From NCBI GenBank assembly GCA_035709445.1, contig DASTET010001092.1, positions 1 to 11,930 of the forward strand: a DNA stretch of 11,930 bases, in the 5' to 3' direction. The stretch comes from Blastocatellia bacterium (GTDB lineage: Bacteria; Acidobacteriota; Blastocatellia; UBA7656). The translations under genes and the position numbers were made by a program. Position 1 is the first letter of the stretch. Every line of letters starts with the position of its first letter. Of the stretch, positions 1 to 7,869 are shown in pieces. The notes below the pieces were generated by a model. It was given only the letters and a program-made list of their open reading frames with translations. It made no database searches and was not told the origin of the DNA.

Positions 1-80
1 TAAAGACGATATCAGATGCGGCGGCCCTGTGCTGCTGCCGTGTCTGTGTGCGCTGACTTAAGAGAGCACTGGAGGAGAAA

Positions 81-2921
81 ATGAGACCCAGATCTTTGCA
101 GGGCCGGACGCGAACGGCTCGCGCGCTTATGCTGTGCTGTACGCTCATTGCTATTGCCTGTACGCCCGCTCAGGCTTTAGCTCAACAGACAGTAACTTCG
201 GCCACGCTGAGCGGGCGGATCGAGGATGCGACCGGGGCAGGTATCGGCGGCGTCCTGGTCACGGCGAAGAGCGTCGATAAGAACTTCATATGGAAGACGA
301 CCAGCGACGAGGATGGGCGCTATCGCTTCTCGTACCTGCCCGCAGGCGATTATCAAATTCAAGCCGAGCATCAGGGGTTTACAGCCGCGAAAAGAGAGCT
401 GGCCCTGCTGCTCGGCCAGACTGTAAACCTCTCGATAAAGCTTTCGGTGGCCGCTATCGCCGAGCAGATTGACGTGGCTGCCGAGGCTCCGGTAATCGAG
501 GCCGCGCGCACCCAGGTCTCCGAAGCGGTCACCCCGAAAGAGATCGATGCGCTCCCGTTAAACGGGCGCAACTATCTGGACCTTGCGCTGCTCATTCCTG
601 CAGTCTCGCGGACGAATACGGGCAGCAACCAGCGTTTCGCGGAGACTTCAGCCGTGCCCGGCACGGGCATCTCAATCGCCGGCCAACGAAATCTGAACAA
701 CAGCTTTATCATTGACGGGCTTTCGGCCAGCGATGACGCGGCGGGGCTTTCGGGATCATTCTATAGCCAGGAGGTCATACGCGAGTTTCAGGTGGTGACC
801 TCCGGCGGCATAGCCGAGTTCGGTCGCACTTCAGCCGGCGTGGTGAACATAATCACCCGGTCGGGCACAAACCTCTGGCGAGGCCGGGCGTATGGCTATA
901 TGCGCAATCAGCGGCTCGATGCGAGAAACCCGCTCGCGCGCACAAAAGACCCTCTCACGCAGGCGCAGTACGGGGCGAGCCTGGGCGGCCCGCTGGCCAG
1001 AGACCGCGCCTTCCTGTTCTCGAACTTCGAACAGACCCGGCAGAACCGCGCGGGCTTTATCACCATCTCGCCAGCAAACGTGGCCTCGATCAACAGCGCG
1101 CTTGACGATATAGGCTACCGAGGGCCGCGCATAGAGACGGGCGAGTTCGCTACGGGGCTTGATTCGACGAATCTCTTTACGAGGCTCGATTACAGGATAA
1201 ACGACCGGAACATGCTTTCGGCCCGCTACAACCTCTATGACATCTCAAGCGAGAACGCTCGAACAGTCGGCGGTCTGAACTCGCTCAGCCGGGGCAGCAG
1301 TCTCGAAAACCGCGACCAGACATTCGCCCTCGACAACGTGACGACCCTCTCTCAAAAGACCGTAAACGAGGCGCGCATCCAGTTCACGCGCAGCCGGTTG
1401 AGCGCGCCCGTCAATGACGAGTTCGGGCCTGCGATCAATATCTCAGGCGTGGCGAGTTTCGGCACGGCAACCTTCTCTCCGACCGCGCGAAACATCGATC
1501 TTTATGAAGCCGTCGATAACATCTCGACCCTGAGGGGGGCGCATTCGGTCAAGGCGGGCATCGGCTTTCTTTATAACCGCGTCGATATCACCTTCCCCGG
1601 CCCGTTGCAGGGCGTCTATACCTTCGCCAATCTTGAAAGCTTTCTTTCAGGGCGGTACATAAACTTTCAGCAGGCGTTCGGCGAAGCGAGCCAGTTTCAA
1701 TCCAACCCTAACCTCGGCCTGTTTCTGCAAGACGAGTGGCGACCGCACGCGGACCTGACGATAAACGCCGGGCTTCGATATGACGCGCAGTGGCTGCCCG
1801 GCCCGATAGAGACCGATGCGAACAACTTCGCGCCACGGCTCGGCATAGCCTATGCCCCCGGAAACCACAGGACGGTCATCCGGGCGAGCGCGGGCCTGTA
1901 TTACGACCGCATACCTCTTCGCGCTACATCGAACGCGCTACAGCGGGACGGGGTAAAATTCAAGACCGCCATCCTGTCGTTCGGCCAGATGGGCGCGCCC
2001 GTCTTCCCCGGCGTGCTCGCGTCGTTCCCGCAGGGGCTTCTCACGAGCATCACCACGATAGACCCGAAGATAGAGAACGGCCACAGCCAGCAGGCCAGCC
2101 TTCAGATCGAGCGGGAGATTGGCACTCGCTCCAACCTGTCGATAGGCTATATTCACCTGCGAGGCTTGCACCTGATCATGTCTCGCAACGTTAATGTGCC
2201 TACGCTCTCGGCAGCCGATGCTGCGAGGCTCGGCGTGCCCAATCTCGGCAGGCCCGATCCGCGATTTGCAAACGTCGGCAGGTTTGAGAGCGCGGGCGAC
2301 TCTTACTACAACGCGATGACTCTCTCTTTCGATAATCGCCCGGCGCAATGGGCAGCCCTAAGGGTCTCTTACACACTCTCGAAGGCGATAGACACGGCGG
2401 GCAATTTCTTCTTCAGCTCGCCGCAGAACAATTTAGATATACGCGACGACCGGGGGCCATCGGATAACGATCAGCGTCACCGTCTCGCGCTCAGCGGGTG
2501 GTTTGAAACGCCGTCTTCGCAAAAAGGCTCGGCGCTCAGGCGAATAACCGGAGGATGGCAGTTGAGCTACATCTACACCTACGAGTCTGCGCTGCCGTTC
2601 AACATACAGACAGGCACAGACCGGAACTTCGACACCAACGTGAATGATCGACCGGCCGGGGTCGGTCGAAACACGGGCCGAGGGTTCGATTTCGCTTCGC
2701 TCGATCTGAGGCTGAGCAGGAGGTTCAGCTTCGACGAGCGCATCAGGCTCGAAGCGATCATCGAGAGCTTCAACACGCTCAACCGGACCAACTTTCAACT
2801 ACCGAACCGGGTAACAGGCACAGGCACAGCGCCTCTGTCGAGCTTTGGGCAGCCGACCGCCGCTGCCGACCCGAGACAGGTGCAGATCGGGCTGCGCCTC
2901 TCTTTCCAGGATCGATTTTAA
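81..2921 (+). CDS. TonB-dependent receptor-like outer-membrane beta-barrel protein with an N-terminal carboxypeptidase-regulatory-like (CarboxypepD_reg) domain
   Basis: 946-aa ORF. GGAGG lies 8 nt upstream of ATG 81. Signal peptide (...IACTPAQALA-QQ). Transthyretin/CarboxypepD_reg-like signature (GRIEDATGAGIGGVLVT...TSDEDGRYRF...LPAGDYQI). A plug-like segment (EIDALPLNGRNYLDLALLIPAV) is followed by a long Gly/Asn/Tyr-rich beta-barrel region. C-terminal ...SFQDRF (terminal aromatic residue typical of OM barrels). High GC3. Confidence 0.85.
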   Translation: MRPRSLQGRTRTARALMLCCTLIAIACTPAQALAQQTVTSATLSGRIEDATGAGIGGVLVTAKSVDKNFIWKTTSDEDGRYRFSYLPAGDYQIQAEHQGFTAAKRELALLLGQTVNLSIKLSVAAIAEQIDVAAEAPVIEAARTQVSEAVTPKEIDALPLNGRNYLDLALLIPAVSRTNTGSNQRFAETSAVPGTGISIAGQRNLNNSFIIDGLSASDDAAGLSGSFYSQEVIREFQVVTSGGIAEFGRTSAGVVNIITRSGTNLWRGRAYGYMRNQRLDARNPLARTKDPLTQAQYGASLGGPLARDRAFLFSNFEQTRQNRAGFITISPANVASINSALDDIGYRGPRIETGEFATGLDSTNLFTRLDYRINDRNMLSARYNLYDISSENARTVGGLNSLSRGSSLENRDQTFALDNVTTLSQKTVNEARIQFTRSRLSAPVNDEFGPAINISGVASFGTATFSPTARNIDLYEAVDNISTLRGAHSVKAGIGFLYNRVDITFPGPLQGVYTFANLESFLSGRYINFQQAFGEASQFQSNPNLGLFLQDEWRPHADLTINAGLRYDAQWLPGPIETDANNFAPRLGIAYAPGNHRTVIRASAGLYYDRIPLRATSNALQRDGVKFKTAILSFGQMGAPVFPGVLASFPQGLLTSITTIDPKIENGHSQQASLQIEREIGTRSNLSIGYIHLRGLHLIMSRNVNVPTLSAADAARLGVPNLGRPDPRFANVGRFESAGDSYYNAMTLSFDNRPAQWAALRVSYTLSKAIDTAGNFFFSSPQNNLDIRDDRGPSDNDQRHRLALSGWFETPSSQKGSALRRITGGWQLSYIYTYESALPFNIQTGTDRNFDTNVNDRPAGVGRNTGRGFDFASLDLRLSRRFSFDERIRLEAIIESFNTLNRTNFQLPNRVTGTGTAPLSSFGQPTAAADPRQVQIGLRLSFQDRF

Positions 2922-2936
2922 GCCCCGATTCACGCC

Positions 2937-2980
2937 GACGGGCGCGGATTTCAGTTTCGCGTCCGTCCGCTTTATAATGT
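2937..2980 (+). terminator. Candidate intrinsic terminator downstream of the TonB-dependent receptor gene
   Basis: 10-bp GC-rich stem gacgggcgcg (2937-2946) / cgcgtccgtc (2958-2967) with one G.U; 11-nt loop; followed by T-rich cgcTTTaTaaTgTTT. Confidence 0.4.
2950..2978 (+). promoter_or_regulatory. Candidate sigma70-type promoter for the SCO1/CusF gene (perfect -10 TATAAT at 2973-2978; weak -35 ttcagt at 2950-2955; 17-nt spacer)
   Basis: Perfect TATAAT hexamer 30 nt upstream of the start codon. GGGAGG RBS at 2991-2996. Overlaps the T-tract of the upstream terminator. Confidence 0.25.
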
Positions 2981-3007
2981 TTCGGCGAAAGGGAGGCATA
3001 ATCGATC

Positions 3008-4132
3008 TTGCGTTTTTATATCGAAAGGTCTGCGGCGACGGTTCTGCTGGTAGCGGTCTGCGCCCTTGCTGTCGGGTGCGATCGGGGAGAAGAGAAGCGG
3101 TATGACTTGAAGGGCAAAGTGGTCAGCGTCGATAAGAGAGGCTCGACCGTGACCATCGCTCACGAAGAGATACCGGGCTACATGGAAGCGATGACCATGC
3201 CGTTCAGGCTGAAGGATGAATGGGCGTTCGACAAGCTGGCTCCAGGCGATCAGGTGACGGCGACGCTCGTAGTCCGAGGCGACCGCTCGTGGATCGAGGG
3301 CATCGTCTTCAGCCGACAAGAGCCGATTCCGGAAGGCGAAGCATCACCGGCAGCTTTGAATGAACCCGCGCCGGGCAGTGAAGTGCCCGGATTTTCGCTT
3401 ACGAATCAGGACGGCAAGCGCATAGACTTCGAGAAGTATAAAGGGCGGCCCCTGGTCGTAACATTCATCTATACGAGGTGCCCGGTCCCGGATTACTGCC
3501 CGTTGATGAGCGAGCGATTCGCAGAGATCGATAAGGCCATCAAGAAAGAGCCTCAGCTTTACGGTCAGGCGCGACTCCTGAGCGTCACCGTCGACCCGGA
3601 GTTCGATACGCCGGATGTGCTCAAGGCTTATGGGTCGGCCTTCACCGATCCCGCATTTCAGCACTGGGAGTTCGCCACCGGCACGCGCGACGAGATCAAG
3701 AAAGTGGCGGGCTATTTCGGCATGCAGTACTGGCCTGAAAAGGGCGAGATAATACACTCGCTTCGGACTGCGCTGGTCACGCCGGAAGGAAGACTCTTCA
3801 AGCTGTACCGTGGCAACGAGTGGAAGTCGGCGGAAATCCTCGCCGACCTCGAAGCCATGCGAGGCCAGGCGACGGCCGATCAACCGCAGCCCGGTAAGAG
3901 CGCCGTAAAGTCCTACAGCGGTGTAGGGGTGGTCGAGGAGATCGACAGGCAGATGGCGACCGTGCAGATCAATCACGAGGACATAAAAGATTTCATGCCT
4001 GCAATGAGCATGCCTTTTGCAGTGCGCGACAAAAGGCTGCTCGACGCGGCGCGGCCCGGCGACCGAGTGGAGTTCTCGGTCCACGCCGATGCTTCGGGCA
4101 TGGTGCTGGTTGCGTTAAAGAAGAGGGAATAA
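3008..4132 (+). CDS. Lipoprotein copper chaperone: SCO1/SenC thioredoxin-fold domain flanked by N- and C-terminal CusF-like Cu(I)-binding domains
   Basis: TTG start preceded by GGGAGG. Lipobox LAVGC. Two CusF-like H...M-x-M-P-F motifs (TIAHEEIPGYMEAMTMPF and INHEDIKDFMPAMSMPF; compare E. coli CusF ITIHHDPI...WPEMTMRF). Central SCO1 C-x3-C (CPVPDYCP) with the downstream conserved His (IIHSLRTALVTPEGRLF). Confidence 0.85.
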   Translation: MRFYIERSAATVLLVAVCALAVGCDRGEEKRYDLKGKVVSVDKRGSTVTIAHEEIPGYMEAMTMPFRLKDEWAFDKLAPGDQVTATLVVRGDRSWIEGIVFSRQEPIPEGEASPAALNEPAPGSEVPGFSLTNQDGKRIDFEKYKGRPLVVTFIYTRCPVPDYCPLMSERFAEIDKAIKKEPQLYGQARLLSVTVDPEFDTPDVLKAYGSAFTDPAFQHWEFATGTRDEIKKVAGYFGMQYWPEKGEIIHSLRTALVTPEGRLFKLYRGNEWKSAEILADLEAMRGQATADQPQPGKSAVKSYSGVGVVEEIDRQMATVQINHEDIKDFMPAMSMPFAVRDKRLLDAARPGDRVEFSVHADASGMVLVALKKRE

Positions 4133-4137
4133 AAACA

Positions 4138-4254
4138 GGAAGCCAGAAGTCAGAAGCCAGAAGTCCGTCGTTAAAGATTCTGATTTCATTCACCCCGCAG
4201 CAATCGAGAGACTGCGCGAGAGATTCCGGCTTCTGACTTCTGGCTTCTGGCTTC
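4138..4254. repeat. 117-nt inverted repeat. Arms of 27 nt are built from tandem heptamers GAAGCCA/GAAGTCA; the loop is 62 nt; A5 and T5 runs flank it. Probable bidirectional intrinsic terminator after the SCO1/CusF gene.
   Basis: Left arm 4139-4165 (gaagccagaagtcagaagccagaagtc). Right arm 4228-4254 (ggcttctgacttctggcttctggcttc). In full register the arms pair with two G.U and one C.A mismatch; a 7-nt register shift gives 20 perfect bp. Upstream aaaaa (4131-4135) and downstream ttttt (4255-4259). Confidence 0.6.
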
Positions 4255-4400
4255 TTTTTACAATACTTTACTTCTGGTCCCGGGAGGGGCGTGATAATCT
4301 TGATCGGCCAGGCTCCACGCGGCGGGCGGAACTTCAGCCTTTTTGCCGCGTGAGAGCCCTTTAAGGCGCGAGGAAATCAGACAATTACGGGAGAGACAGG

Positions 4401-5642
4401 ATGAAGTTGAGATATCTGTTTTCCATTTTGCTCTCGCTTGCGCTCGTGCAGGTATCTGCGGGTCGGTCGGCCCGCGATTACGACTGGCCGCAGTGGAGAG
4501 GCGCGGACCGAACGGGTCTATCGAGAGATACCGGGCTGCTGAAATCGTGGCCCGCCGAAGGCCCGTCTGTCGTCTGGACGATCTCGAATCTTGGCGAAGG
4601 CTACGGCTCAGTCGCAATCCAGGGCAATTATATATTCGTACAGGGGGCGAAGGGGAGCGAGAGCGTCGTATTCTGCCTGAACCGCGCCGACGGCAAGACC
4701 ATCTGGACGCAGGCGCTCGGCCCCCGTCTCGACCAGGACCGTGGAGGCGGCCCGCGCGGCACGCCCACCGTTGACGGCGATAGGGTCTATGTGCTCACGG
4801 AAAACGGCGACCTGGCCTGTCTTAAAGCCAGGGACGGGGCGGTCGTCTGGCGTAAGAACATCATGAAAGATTTCGGTGGCCGCAACATCACCTGGCTCAT
4901 AAGCGAGTCGCCGCTAATCGATGGGAACAACCTGATAGTCACTCCCGGCGGAGAAGGAGCGGCGATAGTCGCGCTCGACAAGATGAGCGGAAAGACCGTC
5001 TGGACGAGCAAAGAGCTGAGCGACCCTGCCGGGTATTCATCATGCCTGGTCGCCGATGTGGGCGGGGTGCGCACGATAATGGGATTTACGGCGAGGGCCG
5101 CCGTCGGTCTTCGCGCCACGGACGGAAAGCTTATGTGGCGTTATGAGCCCGTATCCAACCGCACGGCCAATTGCACGACCCCCGTCTATCATGACAACAA
5201 GGTCTTCTACACATCGGCCTACGGGACGGGCTGCGCCCTGCTCGGTCTCAAACCGGAAGGCGGAGAGGTCCGCGCCCAGGAGGTCTATTTCAGCAAAGAC
5301 ATGATGAACCATCACGGCGGCGTGGTGCTGATCAACGGATACCTCTACGGCTTCTCAAACGCGATACTCACCTGCATAGAGTTCAACACGGGCAAAGTCA
5401 TGTGGAAAGACCGCAGCGTGGGGAAGGGCTCGCTCACCTATGCCGACGGCCACCTTTACCTGCTCGGCGAGAACAACACGGTCGGGCTGGCCGAAGCCAC
5501 GCCCGAAGGCTACAGGGAGAAGGGCAGGTTTAAGATCGCCGACCAGGGCTGGCCAAGCTGGGCGCACCCGGTCGTCGCAGGCGGAAGGTTCTATATACGG
5601 AACCAGGGCATGCTCACCTGCTACAACGTGAAAGCGAAATGA
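4401..5642 (+). CDS. Secreted PQQ-like beta-propeller repeat protein (BamB/PQQ-enzyme-repeat family)
   Basis: 413 aa. Signal peptide MKLRYLFSILLSLALVQVSA. DWPQWRGADRTG motif typical of PQQ-repeat propellers. Recurring (V/I)Y-x-x-(D/N)G...L-x-A-x-D-x-x-x-G-x-x-x-W blades. Confidence 0.85.
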   Translation: MKLRYLFSILLSLALVQVSAGRSARDYDWPQWRGADRTGLSRDTGLLKSWPAEGPSVVWTISNLGEGYGSVAIQGNYIFVQGAKGSESVVFCLNRADGKTIWTQALGPRLDQDRGGGPRGTPTVDGDRVYVLTENGDLACLKARDGAVVWRKNIMKDFGGRNITWLISESPLIDGNNLIVTPGGEGAAIVALDKMSGKTVWTSKELSDPAGYSSCLVADVGGVRTIMGFTARAAVGLRATDGKLMWRYEPVSNRTANCTTPVYHDNKVFYTSAYGTGCALLGLKPEGGEVRAQEVYFSKDMMNHHGGVVLINGYLYGFSNAILTCIEFNTGKVMWKDRSVGKGSLTYADGHLYLLGENNTVGLAEATPEGYREKGRFKIADQGWPSWAHPVVAGGRFYIRNQGMLTCYNVKAK

Positions 5643-5649
5643 GATCTGA

Positions 5650-5692
5650 GACAGGATTAACAGGTCTTTTTGTACGACCTGTTAATCCTGTC
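5650..5692. terminator. Perfect 17-bp palindrome (GACAGGATTAACAGGTC, 9-nt loop tttttgtac) at the junction of convergent genes. Candidate bidirectional terminator or protein-binding palindrome.
   Basis: Left arm 5650-5666; right arm 5676-5692, an exact reverse complement. The right arm contains the last three codons and the TAA stop (5682-5684) of the minus-strand 157-aa gene. No clean U-tract follows on either strand. Confidence 0.5.
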
Positions 5693-6155
5693 CGATGACG
5701 CTGTACTCGACCGACCCGTCCTTCAGCGAATCCGCAAAGTACAATTCGACGCGCCTGCCTGAGAAGCGCTCCAGGAGCGCCTTTCGCGCCCTCTTCAGGT
5801 TCGCGATCTGCTTCTGATTGAACTCCGGCTCGGTGAAAAAGTACTGCACACTCTCTTTGAAGAAGAGACAGTCGTCGTGCCCTACGAGCACGATCTCGGG
5901 CGACCGGGTGCGCTTGAGAAGAAAAGAGAGCGATTGCAGGTTGACCTTGAAGAACTTGGGCATCAAGTGCTCGAGCGTGACGAAGTGGCCGCCGCCCGGC
6001 ACGGCTTGCAGCGCGTAAGACGACAGGCGCAGCCCTTCGGTCAGGAACTCGTGAAACCCGGCCTGAAACCGGTGATCGCTGCAATGGATGACCACCGCCT
6101 CCGAGGTCGCGTCTTCCAGTCTGGCCTTTGATATGTAGATGGTCGGGGCTTTCAT
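5682..6155 (-). CDS. Small soluble hypothetical protein with a beta-carbonic-anhydrase-like metal-ligand pattern (C25-x-D27-x-R29 ... H93-x-x-C96); last gene of the NfeD-flotillin operon
   Basis: 157 aa, high GC3, no TM segment. VVIHCSDHRF resembles the beta-CA motif (...CSDSRV) and IVLVGHDDCLFF resembles the beta-CA motif (...VxGHxxCG), with 68-residue spacing (beta-CA about 56). An overlapping alternative-frame ORF (5614-6198) is Arg-rich and was rejected. Confidence 0.7.
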   Translation of the reverse strand: MKAPTIYISKARLEDATSEAVVIHCSDHRFQAGFHEFLTEGLRLSSYALQAVPGGGHFVTLEHLMPKFFKVNLQSLSFLLKRTRSPEIVLVGHDDCLFFKESVQYFFTEPEFNQKQIANLKRARKALLERFSGRRVELYFADSLKDGSVEYSVIGQD

Positions 6156-6174
6156 CGTCTCTAAAAATATTCAA

Positions 6175-6233
6175 CCGCAGAGGAGCGCAGAGGATCAATA
6201 ATGATCAAAATAACCTCTGCGCCCTCTGCGCCC
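6175..6233. repeat. Intra-operon inverted repeat between the flotillin gene and the small downstream gene. Arms are built from GCAGAGG units; the loop is 20 nt and AT-rich.
   Basis: Left arm ccgcagagg-a-gcgcagagg (6175-6193) pairs with cctctgcgccctctgcgg... (6214-6231), giving 17 bp with one bulged A. Loop atcaataatgatcaaaataa. On the minus-strand transcript the stem is followed by uugaauauuuuua and then the start codon of the 157-aa gene. Confidence 0.5.
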
Positions 6234-6261
6234 TTTGCGGTGATTAACTCCGACTCTTACA

Positions 6262-7860
6262 CTAATCCAACCGCTCAATCGATTCGGAGGAGACCTTCGT
6301 GGCGCGCTCAGCCGGGATCGCCGTGGCTGCGTCCGCGCCGGTCTTGATGCCGAGCTGCTGCATCATGGTCGGGATATCGAGGCCGAGCGCCTCAAGCTGC
6401 TGTAGCAGCCCGAAGATGACGGACGGGGCGGTTGAGGCGAAGCGACCGACTCCGCTCTGTCCGTGGCCGTTGCCGTTTCCCTGCTCGATGACTACTACCT
6501 TGTCGATGTTGCCGAGCGGGGCAGCGACCGCGCCGAAGACGGGGGCGGAAGCCTGAAGGATCGACGGCAGCTTCTCGAGTATAGTCTGGAGCCGCGCCGC
6601 CTCATTGAACTCTTTCCACGCATCGGCCTTCTTCAAGATGGCGTTCGCTTCGGCAAGCCCCTGCGCTTCTATCGCCTTCGCCTGCGCAAGCCCCATAGCT
6701 TCGATCTTTGCGGCTTCGGCCCGGCCTTCGGCCTCTATAGCTGCGGCGCGACCTGCGCCCTCTTTCTTGAGCCGCTCCTGCTCGGCCTCGGCTATAGCGA
6801 TGAGCGAAGCCTTCTTGCCTTCGGCTTCGAGTATGGCGGCCTGCTTGGCGGCCTCGGCTTTCAAGACGGCTGCCGTTCGCGCGGCATCGGCGGGCTTGAC
6901 GACGGTTGCTTCAAGCTCTTTTTCGCGCCGGAGAATCTCCTGTTCTTGAACGGCGATCTGCTCCTGGGTGCGAATCCTTTCGATGCGGACCTCTTCGGCC
7001 ACGACCGACTGGCGGGCTTTGGCCGACGAGAGCGGGCCGGACTGGTCCGCCGTCGCGCGCTCTTTTTCTACTTCTGCCTGATACTGGGCCTTTTTGACTT
7101 CGAGGTCGCGGTGCGCGAGCGAGATATTGGCCTCGGTGTCGAGCTTGACCTTTTCGCCCTCCTGCATGGCGAGGCTCGACTGAATCTTCGAGTCGCGCAG
7201 GGCTTCGGCCTCGCCGATCTGCGCATCGCGTTTGACTTCGGCGGTCCTGCTTTTTCCGAGCGCGTCGAGATAGCCCTCCTCGTCGCTTATCTCCTGGATC
7301 GTGAGCACGTCGACGCCTATGCCCATACGCTCGAGGTCGGTTGTGGCCTCGCTCGTCAGCTTCTGGGCGAAGCTCTGGCGGTCATTGTTTATCTCTTCGA
7401 CCGTCAGCGTGCCGAGTATCGCGCGGAGGTGGCCTTCGAGGGTCTGAAAGATGACGCGCTGCACCTCCTGAAGCGACATGCCGAGAAAGCGTTCGGCAGC
7501 CGCCTGTAGCGAGATGTCATCGCTTTTGATCTTGACGTTGGCGACGGCCTTGACCGAGACCGGCACGCCTTTGAGCGTGTAGGCGCGGCGTATCTCAAGC
7601 GGTATGGTCACGACGTTGAGCGCGAGGTAGTCGACCTTTTCAAGTAGCGGTATTCGAAGGGCCGCGCCTCCCTTGATTATGCGGTAGCCGACCACGCGCC
7701 CGTCCGGGAGCTTGCGCTTGCGGCCCGAAAAGACCGCCGCAGCGTTGGGCGGCACCTTTATGTAGTTGCGCGAGATCACTGACATACCGATAAAGAATGT
7801 GATGACGATGACCGCCACAATCAGAATTATCAATGGCCATTGATTTCCTAGAATATCCAT
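6262..7860 (-). CDS. Flotillin-like SPFH/band-7 protein (FloT/YuaG type)
   Basis: 532 aa. N-terminal membrane anchor (WPLIILIVAVIVITFFIGMSVI). SPFH domain, then a long coiled-coil with Glu/Ala-rich flotillin repeats (AEAEQERLKKE...AIEAEGRAEAAKIEA...). C-terminal tail. Confidence 0.9.
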   Translation of the reverse strand: MDILGNQWPLIILIVAVIVITFFIGMSVISRNYIKVPPNAAAVFSGRKRKLPDGRVVGYRIIKGGAALRIPLLEKVDYLALNVVTIPLEIRRAYTLKGVPVSVKAVANVKIKSDDISLQAAAERFLGMSLQEVQRVIFQTLEGHLRAILGTLTVEEINNDRQSFAQKLTSEATTDLERMGIGVDVLTIQEISDEEGYLDALGKSRTAEVKRDAQIGEAEALRDSKIQSSLAMQEGEKVKLDTEANISLAHRDLEVKKAQYQAEVEKERATADQSGPLSSAKARQSVVAEEVRIERIRTQEQIAVQEQEILRREKELEATVVKPADAARTAAVLKAEAAKQAAILEAEGKKASLIAIAEAEQERLKKEGAGRAAAIEAEGRAEAAKIEAMGLAQAKAIEAQGLAEANAILKKADAWKEFNEAARLQTILEKLPSILQASAPVFGAVAAPLGNIDKVVVIEQGNGNGHGQSGVGRFASTAPSVIFGLLQQLEALGLDIPTMMQQLGIKTGADAATAIPAERATKVSSESIERLD

Positions 7861-7869
7861 CGTACCCTC

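Noticed and set aside
3344-4084. 246-aa minus-strand ORF antisense to the SCO1/CusF gene
   Set aside because: It is an Arg/His-rich shadow ORF. The sense-strand CDS has clear domain signatures and a lipoprotein signal.
4138-4254. Tandem short repeats considered as a possible CRISPR array or VNTR
   Set aside because: The units are only 7 nt, have no spacers, and are arranged as two inverted arms. They are not CRISPR, and no cas genes are present in the window.
4258-4617. 119-aa minus-strand ORF and 143-aa plus-strand ORF (4343-4774) around the PQQ gene start
   Set aside because: These are Arg/Ser-rich antisense or alternative-frame artefacts. The PQQ frame carries a signal peptide and repeat signatures.
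5614-6198. 194-aa minus-strand ORF in an alternative frame over the 157-aa gene
   Set aside because: The protein is Arg/Gly/Pro-rich and featureless. It would overlap the PQQ gene end and the palindrome. The 157-aa frame has high GC3 and conserved-looking motifs.
6463-7509. 348-aa plus-strand ORF (plus the 114-aa Ala/Ser-rich ORF at 6605-6949) antisense to the flotillin gene
   Set aside because: The composition is low-complexity and Leu/Gly/Arg- or Ala/Ser-rich, typical of antisense frames in high-GC DNA. It is fully overlapped by a strongly supported flotillin CDS. No RBS or domain signature was found.
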